This document shows, one piece after another, positions 50,604 to 60,804 of a DNA stretch of 64,000 nucleotides (positions are counted from its first letter, which is position 1; each line of letters opens with the position of its first letter). The notes beneath the pieces are model-generated. The model had not been told where the DNA came from. It did not search any database and saw only the letters and a list, made by a program, of their open reading frames with translations. The translations under genes were made by a program, and so were the position numbers. Source of the DNA: Methanotrichaceae archaeon (GTDB taxonomy: Archaea > Halobacteriota > Methanosarcinia > Methanotrichales > Methanotrichaceae); contig CAWEXU010000030.1 of assembly GCA_963813075.1 (NCBI GenBank), positions 96,001 to 160,000 on the forward strand, in the 5' to 3' direction.

Positions 50604-51887
50604 ATGGGAATAATAGAAGACGCACGAGCAGGCAGACTGACGGAAGAGATGAAGATCGTGGCCGAGGAGGAGGGAAAGACCCCTGAGTTCATACTCCGAG
50701 GGATCGCCAGCGGCAGGATAGTCATCCCTCGCAGCCCTTACCGATACACCAGGCCGGTGGGAATCGGCAAGGGCCTCCGAACCAAGGTGAATGCCTCCAT
50801 CGGCACCAGCAGCGATATCGTTGATGTGGAGATGGAGGTGGCAAAAGCGCGCACCGCCGAAGCAAACGGTGCAGACACTCTGATGGAGCTGTCCACCGGC
50901 GGGGAGTTCCTGGAGATCAGAAGAAGGGTGATTGAGGCCACCACATTGAGCGTGGGCAGCGTCCCCCTCTACCAGGCATTCATCGAGGCCATCAGAAAGT
51001 ATGGCGCAGGAGTGGACATGCCCGAGGACGACCTCTTCCGGGCGACGGAGGAGCAGGCTAAGATGGGAACCAACTTCATGGCCATCCACACCGGCATCAA
51101 TAGCATCTGTATAGAGCGGCTCCGCCGCCAGGGAGGTCGATTTGGCGGCGTCTGCAGCCGGGGAGGGGCCTTCATGATCGGCTGGATGCTGCACAACCAG
51201 AAAGAGAATCCACTCTACCGGGAGTTCGACTACCTCCTTGAGATCCTAAAAGAGCATGAGGTCACCCTCAGCCTGGGCAACGGCCTTCGGGCGGGGGCAG
51301 TGCACGACTCCACCGACCGGGCCCAGATCCAGGAGCTGATAATCAACTCCGAGCTGGCGGATAGAGCCCAGGAAGCGGGGGTTCAGACCATAGTGGAGGG
51401 GCCGGGCCACATCCCCATCGATGAGATCGAGGCCAACGTCCTGGTGATGAAGAGGATGACCGCGGAGCGGCCTTTTTACATGCTCGGCCCTCTGGTCACC
51501 GATATCGCTCCCGGATACGACCACATCGTGGCGGCAATCGGAGCCAGCCTCTCATCTGCCTACGGAGCGGACTTCATCTGCTATGTCACCCCGGCTGAGC
51601 ATCTGGCTCTTCCCAATGTGGAGGACGTGAGGACGGGCACCATCACCGCCAGGATAGCGGCCCATATCGGCGACATGATCAAAAACAACGATCGCCAAAG
51701 GGATCTGGATATGGGAAGGGCGCGGAGGGATATGCTCTGGGAGAAGCAGTTCCAGCTGGCCATCGATCCAGAGACGGCAAAGCTTGTCCGGGCTGACAGG
51801 ACCCCCTCAGACTCTGAGGTCTGCACCATGTGCGGAGATTACTGTGCCCTAAAAATAATAAAAGAGAATATTGACCTTGCCCGTTAG
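50604..51887 (+). CDS. thiC: ThiC-family radical SAM enzyme (HMP-P synthase or Bza-type paralogue)
   Basis: TKVNASIGTS, GADTLMELSTGG, SRGG, EGPGH, LGPLVTD, CYVTPAEHL, C-terminal CTMCGDYC. Confidence 0.9.
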   Translation: MGIIEDARAGRLTEEMKIVAEEEGKTPEFILRGIASGRIVIPRSPYRYTRPVGIGKGLRTKVNASIGTSSDIVDVEMEVAKARTAEANGADTLMELSTGGEFLEIRRRVIEATTLSVGSVPLYQAFIEAIRKYGAGVDMPEDDLFRATEEQAKMGTNFMAIHTGINSICIERLRRQGGRFGGVCSRGGAFMIGWMLHNQKENPLYREFDYLLEILKEHEVTLSLGNGLRAGAVHDSTDRAQIQELIINSELADRAQEAGVQTIVEGPGHIPIDEIEANVLVMKRMTAERPFYMLGPLVTDIAPGYDHIVAAIGASLSSAYGADFICYVTPAEHLALPNVEDVRTGTITARIAAHIGDMIKNNDRQRDLDMGRARRDMLWEKQFQLAIDPETAKLVRADRTPSDSEVCTMCGDYCALKIIKENIDLAR

Positions 51888-52357
51888 CCAAAGAAGATAT
51901 TGTAGCCGAACTGCAGGACTGAGGTGCTGGAGAGAACCGCCTTCAATTTCGCCCTGGCGATCAGATCATTCGCCTCGAAGGTGATCCGGCCAGCATCCCT
52001 CTCTTTTTCGAAGGCTACTATTGGCTCTTTTGACATCCTGATGTTGTTTATCGCCTCCTCTGAGGCATTGATGGTGATGGAGGGATCGGCCCAGCCGCCT
52101 TCAATGGTCCCGTTTATTCGCGCCGATTTCATATCCAGGCCCAACCGGAAGACGCTGGCATTATTCCGGGGCACTTCCAGGTTGATCCTCTCGTCTCCCA
52201 TAATGGTCTTCAGAACTTCTGGCGCTCGATCGATATTCCGGTTATACGAGTCGATATGCTTTTGGGTCTCCGCCATGTCAATGTTAAAGGCACTGACAAT
52301 GGATATCAGGAGCACTAGAGAAATCGCAATGCATAAGATTGATCTTCTCATAGCCAT
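51884..52357 (-). CDS. hypothetical secreted protein (possible SCP2-like fold)
   Basis: Signal peptide and a DPSITINASEE...GRITFE pattern. Confidence 0.65.
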   Translation of the reverse strand: MAMRRSILCIAISLVLLISIVSAFNIDMAETQKHIDSYNRNIDRAPEVLKTIMGDERINLEVPRNNASVFRLGLDMKSARINGTIEGGWADPSITINASEEAINNIRMSKEPIVAFEKERDAGRITFEANDLIARAKLKAVLSSTSVLQFGYNIFFG

Positions 52358-52458
52358 CCATCGCTTTTATTCAAATAAATATTTTTGGGACATAGGCTGC
52401 GCTTTTCTCTTTGTCTGCCACAGAATCATTTAAGTACAATCTTTTCAAATAGTAGACC

Positions 52459-53562
52459 ATGGATGTCCTTGTGCTCTGCATAGACCGGGACAATGACCTG
52501 GGCCGCAAGGGTGGGGTAATTACCCCCGTTGTGGGCAGAGAGGCCAATATAGAGGCCGCCCTGAAACTGGGCATGTCTGATCCGGAGGACTCGGACGTCA
52601 ACACCATCTTCGGAGGCATCAAAGCCCTGGATGAGATCATCGCCTCCGGCAAGAGCGTGGAGATCGCCTCCATTGCCGGAGACCTCAAGGTCGGCCTGAT
52701 CTCAGACAGTAAACTTGCCTCTCAGCTGGAGGATCTGCTGGCGCGCTTGCATCCCCAGGGGGTGGTCGTGGTCTCGGACGGGGCGGAGGACGAGGCAATC
52801 CTGCCCATCATCACCTCCCGGATCAAGGTAGAGGGTGTGCGCCGGGTTTTAGTCAAGCAGAGCCCCAACCTGGAGAGCACCTACTACCTTTTAAAGCAGC
52901 TATTCACCGACCCCAAGCTCAGCCATACCATCTTCATTCCTCCCGCGTTAGCTCTTCTCATGTTCGCCTTCTTCAGTCTGATCGGCTACCCCAGCTGGGC
53001 GATAGTGGCCATCACCGGCTCGGTGGGCCTGTACCTGTTATTCCGCGGTCTGGGACTGGACGACTCCATGGAGGAGGCAAAGCAGACCCTCAAGAAATCC
53101 CTCTATGCCCGGAAGATCGCCTTTATCACCTATATCCTGGCAGCGATGCTGGTGGTCATCGCCACCGTCAATGGGGTGGCATACTTCTGGCAGTACTTCC
53201 ATGAGGCCACCTTTCCCGGATACTTCACCCTGATCATGATCTATCTGTACGAGAGCATCTGGTGGTACATGGCTGCTGCCTTATGTGTGAACCTGGGAAA
53301 AGTTATGGACATGTATCTGGAGGGAGTAAGAGATGCCCGCACCATATCCTATCTCTTCTTCATCCTGGCCACCGGCCTGGTCATCTGGTCCGCCAGCAGC
53401 TTTATCCTGGCGAGCAACGCCGACTTGCAGTTCGGCATCGGCATGGTGGAATCGGTGCAAAAACTGGCTATCTCCGCCATCGGAGCCATCCTGATCACTG
53501 TGGTGGGAGTCAATATATCCAAGCGCATAGCCACCGATAAGGCATTTTTGCCCCTGAAGTGA
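52459..53562 (+). CDS. DUF373-family membrane protein
   Basis: LVLCIDRDNDLG, DPEDSDVN, VSDGAEDE, VKQSPNLESTYY and TM helices. Confidence 0.93.
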   Translation: MDVLVLCIDRDNDLGRKGGVITPVVGREANIEAALKLGMSDPEDSDVNTIFGGIKALDEIIASGKSVEIASIAGDLKVGLISDSKLASQLEDLLARLHPQGVVVVSDGAEDEAILPIITSRIKVEGVRRVLVKQSPNLESTYYLLKQLFTDPKLSHTIFIPPALALLMFAFFSLIGYPSWAIVAITGSVGLYLLFRGLGLDDSMEEAKQTLKKSLYARKIAFITYILAAMLVVIATVNGVAYFWQYFHEATFPGYFTLIMIYLYESIWWYMAAALCVNLGKVMDMYLEGVRDARTISYLFFILATGLVIWSASSFILASNADLQFGIGMVESVQKLAISAIGAILITVVGVNISKRIATDKAFLPLK

Positions 53563-53568
53563 TTCCTG

Positions 53569-54459
53569 ATGCTAAAGGTCCTGGCTTCGGGGGAGAAGTG
53601 CCTTGCCGACAACACATTTGACTTTTACTGGCAGCACCAGGGCTCAAGGCTTTCTATGGATCAGACTGTGGGCGGCATCAGCCTCAGGCAGATCGTGGAA
53701 TCTCTCCGCCAGGGGGAGAAGGTGGAGATCTCAGGCGACGTGGGAAGCCGTTTGGGCTCAAGCTTAGGGGTGGACCTTATCCGGCTGGGGGGAAAGGGTG
53801 GACCAATTGAGAGGACGGGCAGCATCATCGTCGACGGAAACGTGGGCCGGCGCATGGGGATAAGCATGCTCAGAGGGGCGATCTATGTCTCGGGCAGGAT
53901 AAAGGAGCCCATGGGCAATGTACTCGAAGCTGAAAGCGACCTGACCGGATACAGAAAGTTCGTCTCCATAACCGAGGCTCTGGAGAAAGGAATGGAAGTC
54001 CTCCCACCAAACCATCTGGACGGGCAGGATTTGTTCATAGAGGACGGCATTCTCAGGGATACCCTGGGAGCGAGAAATCCCACCACCAAGACCATCCAAT
54101 TAATGGGCGATGCGGGGATGAGCACGGGAATTTTGATGCGCTCCGGCCAGATCATCGTCGAGGGATGCGCTCTGGAGAATACCGCCGTTCTATTGCGGGG
54201 AGGAAGGGTGGTGGTTAAAGGCAGCACAAAGGACTTCACCGGAGCGGAGATGAAAGGGGGCGAGGTGTTCATAGAAGGAGATGCCGGCAGCTTCACCTGC
54301 GCCCGGATGAGGGGAGGGGCGGTCTATGCCCGCCAGGCCCGGCCCCTGCCGCCGGCAAAGATCTATCCCCTGAGCCCGGCAGAGAGAACCATGCTGGCCA
54401 GGGCTCTGAATCTGGGGCCGATGCAGGCCCTGATGTACAGCCGGTTTGGCCTTCAGTAG
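53569..54459 (+). CDS. GXGXG beta-helix protein (FwdC/GltB C-terminal-like)
   Basis: Repeated IxVxGxxGxxxGxxMxGG units. Confidence 0.85.
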   Translation: MLKVLASGEKCLADNTFDFYWQHQGSRLSMDQTVGGISLRQIVESLRQGEKVEISGDVGSRLGSSLGVDLIRLGGKGGPIERTGSIIVDGNVGRRMGISMLRGAIYVSGRIKEPMGNVLEAESDLTGYRKFVSITEALEKGMEVLPPNHLDGQDLFIEDGILRDTLGARNPTTKTIQLMGDAGMSTGILMRSGQIIVEGCALENTAVLLRGGRVVVKGSTKDFTGAEMKGGEVFIEGDAGSFTCARMRGGAVYARQARPLPPAKIYPLSPAERTMLARALNLGPMQALMYSRFGLQ

Positions 54460-55562
54460 ATCTCTTCCATATCCTCCAAATGGGCGAAAGCATCGTCCAG
54501 CTGCTTCCTGGCGCGCGACCTCTTCTCCTTCTCATCCTGCATTCCCCGTGCCGCCTGGGCATAGATGGATTCCAGCTCCGGTGCAGCAGCCATGGTGAAT
54601 ATGGATAGAACCCTTGGCTGGCCCTTCTTAACCACAATTCCTTTGAAAACGTGCCCCGCGCTGGCGGTGATCTTTTCCACCTCTTTGGTGATCTGATCCA
54701 CATCCAGAAGCTCCCGCGAGCCCTGGATGATGACCATCGCCCTGGCGGCGTCATCCGCCACATTCGCCGGATAGAGGAGGTTGTTGGGCTTCAGACTGTT
54801 CTCGATGGCGTCCTTGACCGAGGTGTTCTTCCCGTCAGCCTGATAGTATCCCATGGTGCCTATGCGCAGGCCCCCGTTCATGACCGTCTTGAAGTCGCCC
54901 AGATCTGTAACGGAGAGCATCTCACTGTCTAAAGACTCGATCAGGAACAGCAATCTCTTGGCAATGGTGCTGTTGATCTTGTCATAGGCACTGGCAATGT
55001 CACCGCTGAACCTTTTCATATACTGGTTGTCCGCCAGGATTATGCCCTCCGCGTCCAATTCCATCAGCTCCCTCATGCTGAATGCTGCATTCTGGAGGTA
55101 TATCGAGCCCTCCTCCCGGAAGGGCAGAATGGCGATGGTCACCACAGCGATGTTCGGGTACTGCCTTTTCAGCTCATTTATGAGAAGCGGTGAGAATGAA
55201 GAGCCGGTGCCTCCGGAGGTTGAGGTCAGGACAAAGGCGAGGTCGAAGTCCCCTCTCTTCTCGATCTCTCCCATTATGCTGTCCCGGTTGTCCATGAAGG
55301 CCTGCTTGCCCACGTTCCTGTTGGCCCCCATGCCATGCAGGTTCGGAACGTGCAATCGGTCTTTGGCGGTGGTGTATCTCAGTTCCTTGAGATCATTTAT
55401 CGCCGTATTGATCGCCAGGGTCTCCACCCGGCTGGGGAACTTGGGTCGCAGGCAGTACTTGGCGATCTTCGAGGCTCCTCCTCCACCCATCGCCTCCTTG
55501 TTCACTGCGTCCAGTATTCTATTTCCGCATTGGCCTACACCAAGGATAAGTACGTTAAGCAT
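54453..55562 (-). CDS. tubulin/FtsZ-family GTPase (CetZ-like)
   Basis: GVGQCGNRI, AINTA, GMGAN, signature SGGTGSS, ILPF, ADN, DLGDF. Confidence 0.88.
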   Translation of the reverse strand: MLNVLILGVGQCGNRILDAVNKEAMGGGGASKIAKYCLRPKFPSRVETLAINTAINDLKELRYTTAKDRLHVPNLHGMGANRNVGKQAFMDNRDSIMGEIEKRGDFDLAFVLTSTSGGTGSSFSPLLINELKRQYPNIAVVTIAILPFREEGSIYLQNAAFSMRELMELDAEGIILADNQYMKRFSGDIASAYDKINSTIAKRLLFLIESLDSEMLSVTDLGDFKTVMNGGLRIGTMGYYQADGKNTSVKDAIENSLKPNNLLYPANVADDAARAMVIIQGSRELLDVDQITKEVEKITASAGHVFKGIVVKKGQPRVLSIFTMAAAPELESIYAQAARGMQDEKEKRSRARKQLDDAFAHLEDMEEIY

Positions 55563-55595
55563 GAAATCAGCCTCGCTCTTTACTGTAGAAGTTTA

Positions 55596-56858
55596 TTAAT
55601 ATTTATATTCTTTGTGCCGTCTGTATAGCCAGGCGGCGATAATTATGATTGGGATCAGGAGTAGTAAATATTCATATTTATACTCTCGTTTCAGGACCAC
55701 TACCTCTGCAGATCCTTCTCTGATCGCGGAGCCGTCTCCACCATCGAATGTGGTCTTGAGGTGAATGGTATAGTTCCCTGAATCCTTTCCCGATAACATT
55801 ACGGAGTAATTAACCTCGCTGCCTGGTGGTATCTCAAAGAAGCTCCTCTCAAAGCCCGACGCCTCAAGGCCCACTGGCGGTTTTATGTCCCCTTTTGCCT
55901 CGATCCTGGTGGCAGGCGCCTTTCCAACATTCTCTATGCTGATGTTCACCATTCCTGTGCCGCCAAGAGGTAGCGGTCCGGGAGGTTCCATCCTTATCGC
56001 CAGGTCTGCCACACTCTTTGGATTGATGACGATGTCAAAAGGCTCGGAGCTGTTTGTCTTGACGTTATCCTTAGAATCGGTATAGCTGACATCTATTGCC
56101 GAGACCCGGATTGTGCCCTCTTTTATGGCATTCATCATATATACAGCCGAATCGGACTGCCCTGGGTCCAGGGTATCCTTGATCTTGGGCGGATAGCCGG
56201 CCACATAGGAGAACTCCGGCAGGGGTGGTGCATCATCCAATTTTATGTTCTGCGCTTTTCCTGTGCCCTGGTTCATGATGGTGACTGTGACCTTGACCTC
56301 ATCGCCCACATCCATCTCGCTCTTCTCGAAGCTCTTCTGGACGGTGAGAGCGGGCTTGTCGCCGGCGGATACAGGCCGGTCCGAGGCGCGCCTGCTGGGG
56401 GTTCCCAGGCTCTCCTGGTACTCGATTCGGACCCTGGCCGATCCCTCGTCGATGATATCGACAACCGTAAGGGTAATTCCCCCTTTCTCCGCCCCTCCGA
56501 TGAAGTTATTGGCCCGGTTCTCCAAAAATGCCCTCTGCTCGTCCAGTCCGCCTCCGGTTCTGGATACCTGCAGGACGGCTATGCCGTCGGTAACCGACTG
56601 GATCTCAATGAGCTCGGTTCGATAGTTGCTGATGTCGATTCTGTCGCCAATCCCCAGGGTAAAATCGTTATATGTTACCTGATCCTCATCCTCATCCTCA
56701 TCGTCGTCCTCATCTGCTCCCTGGACTGCTCCAATGCAGGCCATGGACAGCAAAAGAAGAAGGATGGCCAGGCTGACCTGGCTTAGGATATCAAGGCTGC
56801 TTTTGCCCCCATCTTTTTTAGGCCTTTGAGATTTAACTGTCAGCATTCTTGTCACCAT
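55596..56858 (-). CDS. membrane-anchored surface protein with BatD/COG1361-type Ig-like domains
   Basis: Signal peptide, acidic tract, VGDEVKVTVTIMNQG and ISIENVGK repeats, C-terminal TM helix with basic tail. Confidence 0.8.
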   Translation of the reverse strand: MVTRMLTVKSQRPKKDGGKSSLDILSQVSLAILLLLLSMACIGAVQGADEDDDEDEDEDQVTYNDFTLGIGDRIDISNYRTELIEIQSVTDGIAVLQVSRTGGGLDEQRAFLENRANNFIGGAEKGGITLTVVDIIDEGSARVRIEYQESLGTPSRRASDRPVSAGDKPALTVQKSFEKSEMDVGDEVKVTVTIMNQGTGKAQNIKLDDAPPLPEFSYVAGYPPKIKDTLDPGQSDSAVYMMNAIKEGTIRVSAIDVSYTDSKDNVKTNSSEPFDIVINPKSVADLAIRMEPPGPLPLGGTGMVNISIENVGKAPATRIEAKGDIKPPVGLEASGFERSFFEIPPGSEVNYSVMLSGKDSGNYTIHLKTTFDGGDGSAIREGSAEVVVLKREYKYEYLLLLIPIIIIAAWLYRRHKEYKY

Positions 56859-57672
56859 TGTTCTTCATCTCCAGGCTCAAGTCAATCCATCTGGCATTTC
56901 TGGTGAGAGCACCAAGAGATATAACATCTACCCCACTCGCTTTATATTCGGTGATGTTATTCAGGGTTATGCCTCCCGATGCCTCAAGAATCAATTTATC
57001 TCGCAGACCCTCTCTTTCCAGGAGAGCAACGCCTCTAGCGATCTCGTCCGGGTCCATGTTATCGAACATGATGATATCCGCTCCCTCTCTTGCCGCTATG
57101 AGCATATCCTCGAGGCTTTCGATCTCCACCTCTATCTTCTTGGTGAAGCTGGTCAATTCCCTGGCACGGCGCAGGCATTCACTCAGTCCCAGGATCTTTA
57201 TGTGATTGTCCTTGATGAGGACGGCAGAAGACAGATTGAATCTATGGGGGTCGCCCCCTCCCAGATAGACTGCTCTCTTCTCGAATAACCGGAATCCTGG
57301 GGTGGTCTTGCGTGTGGCGGCGACTCGCACCCCTCCTGCCAGGAGGACGCAATTTCGGGTGAGGGTGGATATGCCGCTCATGCGTGCTAAAAAGTTGAGG
57401 ACCAGCCTTTCGGCCTGCAGGATCTTCCTCGCGCTGCCCGAAACCTCCAGAACGGTGCTCCCCAGGGGAGCGAACTCGCCATCATCGAATAGCAGATCGG
57501 CCTTCAGGCCAAAGTACTGGAAGATCTCCTCTGCCTCCGCCAGCCCGGAGATGATGCACTCCTCTTTGGCGATAATTACTGCGCGAACTGGCAAATCTGG
57601 AATAAGAGTGCTGGAATCATCCCATTCGCCCAGGTCCTCGCCTATAAATCGTTCCAGCTCTGACCTCAGCAT
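56833..57672 (-). CDS. nadC: quinolinate phosphoribosyltransferase
   Basis: ERLVLNFL, ATRKTTPG, HRFNLS, LIKDNH, EVEIE, MFDN, EASGGI. Confidence 0.96.
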   Translation of the reverse strand: MLRSELERFIGEDLGEWDDSSTLIPDLPVRAVIIAKEECIISGLAEAEEIFQYFGLKADLLFDDGEFAPLGSTVLEVSGSARKILQAERLVLNFLARMSGISTLTRNCVLLAGGVRVAATRKTTPGFRLFEKRAVYLGGGDPHRFNLSSAVLIKDNHIKILGLSECLRRARELTSFTKKIEVEIESLEDMLIAAREGADIIMFDNMDPDEIARGVALLEREGLRDKLILEASGGITLNNITEYKASGVDVISLGALTRNARWIDLSLEMKNNGDKNADS

Positions 57673-57712
57673 ACCGCAAGGATTTTGATCCTTAATTGAT
57701 TTATAACCTGCG

Positions 57713-58524
57713 ATGCCTCTCAAGATCGGACTGGTGGGATGCGGTGCCATAGGGGCCCAGATCGCCAAAGCAATAGATTCTGGCCTCGTGGATGCGAATC
57801 TGGTTAGTGTATGCGATCACAATCCACAGACTGCCATCGCTCTGATCGAGAGCCTGCAGCATAAACCGAAAAAGACCGATCTAGAGGAGCTGGTGGAGCT
57901 CTCAGATGTGGTGGTGGAAGCAGCCTCCCAGAAGGCGGTACCTGCTGTAGCCAGGGCGGCATTGGCCAAAGGCAAAAGGCTGATGATCATGAGCGTAGGA
58001 GCCCTTGCCGACCCGGAGCTCTTCGGGGAGATAAAAAACCAGGCAACTCTCCACCACACCCAGGTCTATATCCCCTCAGGAGCGATATCGGGCCTGGATG
58101 CGCTCAAGTCCGCTCGCGCCGGTAGGATTGAAAGGGTGACCCTGACCACCACCAAAAATCCCAGTGGCTTGAGGGAGCGCCCTATATCCTGGAGAATAAG
58201 ATCGACCTGGATAGCCTCACGGGGCCGACCCAGATCTTTTCCGGCAATGCAATCGAGGCGGTTCGAGCATTTCCGGCCAATGTGAATGTTGCCGCCACCC
58301 TTTACCTCGCCTCTGGAGAGATGAATGTAGAGGTGAGGATAGTGGCTGATCCAAACATCACCGTCAACCGCCATGAGATCTCTGTGGAGGGAGACTTTGG
58401 GCGATTTACTACCCGGGTGGAGAACGTCCCCTCGCCGAAGAACCCAAAGACAAGCTATCTGGCAGCGCTATCTGCCATCGCCACATTGAAGTCCATTGTG
58501 GAGCCGATCAAGATCGGCACCTGA
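57713..58524 (+). CDS. nadX: L-aspartate dehydrogenase, frameshift near 58172
   Basis: GCGAIG, VEAAS, MSVGAL, PSGAISGLD, then in another frame FPANVNVAATL, NRHEI and NPKTSYLAALS. Confidence 0.92.
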
Positions 58525-58531
58525 TCTCCTC

Positions 58532-59653
58532 CTAAAAGAGGCCGTGAATCTCTCTGATTTTTTTCTTCAGGCCCTCAAGGGTCATGGAGAGTTCTTTATT
58601 GATCCTCTCCTCGGTCTTCGGGCCGACCTTCATCTCTATATCCGGATAAAATAGGGGCTCGTGGCCAGTGAGGTTCATGAACAGCTCCACCCAGTAGGGG
58701 GGCAGATACTCGGGCACCGGCTCGCCTCTCATAATATACAGGACACTGGTCCAGGCGGTGGGCACCACCTCCATGTTATAGCCCCCTCCGCCCAGGGCCA
58801 GCAGCCTGGACCCCGAATGCTTAGCGGCCAGATCGACGATCCGGCGGACCAGTTCGACATAGCCGTTCAGGGTCAGGTTCAGGCTGGTGAGGGGATCGGA
58901 GTAGTGGGTATCTATCCCCAGCTGGGCTACCACCGCCTGGGGCCGGAACCATTCAAAGAGGGAGGGAATGATCTGGTCGAAGGCCCGGAGGTATTGATCG
59001 TCTCCGGAGTACATGGGCATGGGGATGTTCACGCTGTATCCCAATCCCACACCCTCTCCCATCTCCTCTATGAATCCCGTTCCGGGAAAGAGGTACAATC
59101 CGGATTCATGCATGGAGACGGTCAAAACACTGGGATCGGAGTAGAATATTTGCTGAACCCCATCTCCATGATGGCCATCGATATCGATATACAGAACTCG
59201 ATCAAACCTCTCTCTCAGGACCTGGATGGCCAGAGCCGGGTCGTCAAAGACGCAAAATCCGGAGGCAATTGTGGGCAGTGCATGATGCAGTCCTCCTCCG
59301 ATATTAAAAGCGCTGCAGTCCTCAGCTATTATGCGGCGTGCGGCATCGATGGAGGCCCCGGCCAGCATTCTGGATGACTCATATATTCCCTCAAAGACCG
59401 GGGTGTCATCGCTCCCCAGGCCGAAGGCCAGGTCCGGCTCCTCCAATTTCACCGCCGCCAGGTACTCGGGGGTGTGCACCCGGAGAAGATCCTCTTCGCT
59501 CGCCGGGCTGGGCTCAAGCATGCATACCCTCTCGTCGAGTAGCCCCGACTCCTCCATAAGCCTGCAGGTGAGCATCAGGCGGGCGGGATTGAAAGGGTGC
59601 TCCGGACCAAAGTTATACCCTTGAAATTTCTCGCTGTAATATAGGTAGATCAT
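58532..59653 (-). CDS. acuC: AcuC/histone-deacetylase-family protein
   Basis: HPFNPAR, GGLHHA, SGFC, DIDGHHGDG, FPGTG, GGGGY. Confidence 0.92.
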   Translation of the reverse strand: MIYLYYSEKFQGYNFGPEHPFNPARLMLTCRLMEESGLLDERVCMLEPSPASEEDLLRVHTPEYLAAVKLEEPDLAFGLGSDDTPVFEGIYESSRMLAGASIDAARRIIAEDCSAFNIGGGLHHALPTIASGFCVFDDPALAIQVLRERFDRVLYIDIDGHHGDGVQQIFYSDPSVLTVSMHESGLYLFPGTGFIEEMGEGVGLGYSVNIPMPMYSGDDQYLRAFDQIIPSLFEWFRPQAVVAQLGIDTHYSDPLTSLNLTLNGYVELVRRIVDLAAKHSGSRLLALGGGGYNMEVVPTAWTSVLYIMRGEPVPEYLPPYWVELFMNLTGHEPLFYPDIEMKVGPKTEERINKELSMTLEGLKKKIREIHGLF

Positions 59654-59847
59654 TTATAGCCTTTCTCTATCAGGCCGTCGCTCCAGTAGTTGTCACAGCT
59701 CTTGCAGTAATAGATGGTCTCAATCACAATCTTCTTCCAGTTATCTGCGTCCAGAGCCCGCCGGAGGTCTTTATGCTCGCACTCATTGCCGCATTTGGGA
59801 CAGAATGGTACGAAGTGTTCCAGGACTGCTTGGTCCTCATCTGCCAT
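59650..59847 (-). CDS. small CPxCG zinc-finger protein
   Basis: CPKCG...YYCKSC; GAGG RBS; stop overlaps the acuC start. Confidence 0.75.
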   Translation of the reverse strand: MADEDQAVLEHFVPFCPKCGNECEHKDLRRALDADNWKKIVIETIYYCKSCDNYWSDGLIEKGYK

Positions 59848-59909
59848 TAAGTATTCCTCTTTAAAGGCAAAGTGTCGCGGGATAAGGCAAAAAGCTGTCG
59901 GTGCCAGGC

Positions 59910-60791
59910 CTAAAAGGGCGAGACGCCTGCGGCAAGGCAGCCGACTAAAAATCCCAGGATGACTCCTGAGTTCAGAAAAGGAAGGCCGGCCTGGGGACGA
60001 TCACGGGATGTGGTCATCAGCAGGAGAAAGCCGGCGTATGTTCCAAGCATAGCACCGATGCAGGGAAGGTTCAGGCCGAAGATCCCCCCTGATGGAAATG
60101 ACCAGCTGGCAGATATCACCAGGATGGTTGGTATGATGGCATCGCCCAGGCCGAGGAAATAGGCCCCTCTGTCGGTCTTGCCTTTTCCTTCCCCTTTAAA
60201 GATCGCGCCTGCATCCTGCCTTCTGAAGCTGTAGCCTTTGCTTTTAGGGACCACAAATAGCAAGGGAGCCTTCATCTTTATCGCCCCCTCTGCCAGGGAT
60301 ACCATATGGCGGGTCTTGTAGACGGAGATGGCATCGTAGACCGCCAGGATGACCAGCAGGACAACCACGGGCAGGATGGTCATGCTCAGCCCCAAGAGGG
60401 AGCTGATCCCGGCGCAAACCAAAATTCCGAAGGCATCCAGGATATACCACTCCGGATAGTAATGCAAGAGCAGCATAACCGCCACTGTGGGCAGGAGGGC
60501 GAGCCAAATGGGCATAACCGCCGCCAACACAATGAAGATGGTGACGGCAATGGATATCTGGATAAAGGCTTTGACCAGCCACTCTCCCTTAAGCCGGATG
60601 GCCAAGAGGAGAAGGGCAGTGAATATCAGGATGAGCAACACATAGATTATGGGATTGGAGACTGATGACGGATCCTCGAATACCCGGTTGTCTGTCGCGG
60701 ATATGGCCGGAGTTATGGCCAGGGCTATGATCTGCACCGCTACCAGGAATAGGAGCATAACCAGCACATGGAGCTTCGAGATGATGGACAT
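59910..60791 (-). CDS. presenilin-family intramembrane aspartyl protease (PSH)
   Basis: LAVYDAISV (YD), LGLGD (GxGD), PQAGLPFLN. Confidence 0.95.
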   Translation of the reverse strand: MSIISKLHVLVMLLFLVAVQIIALAITPAISATDNRVFEDPSSVSNPIIYVLLILIFTALLLLAIRLKGEWLVKAFIQISIAVTIFIVLAAVMPIWLALLPTVAVMLLLHYYPEWYILDAFGILVCAGISSLLGLSMTILPVVVLLVILAVYDAISVYKTRHMVSLAEGAIKMKAPLLFVVPKSKGYSFRRQDAGAIFKGEGKGKTDRGAYFLGLGDAIIPTILVISASWSFPSGGIFGLNLPCIGAMLGTYAGFLLLMTTSRDRPQAGLPFLNSGVILGFLVGCLAAGVSPF

Positions 60792-60804
60792 TAGATCATT
60801 TCCA

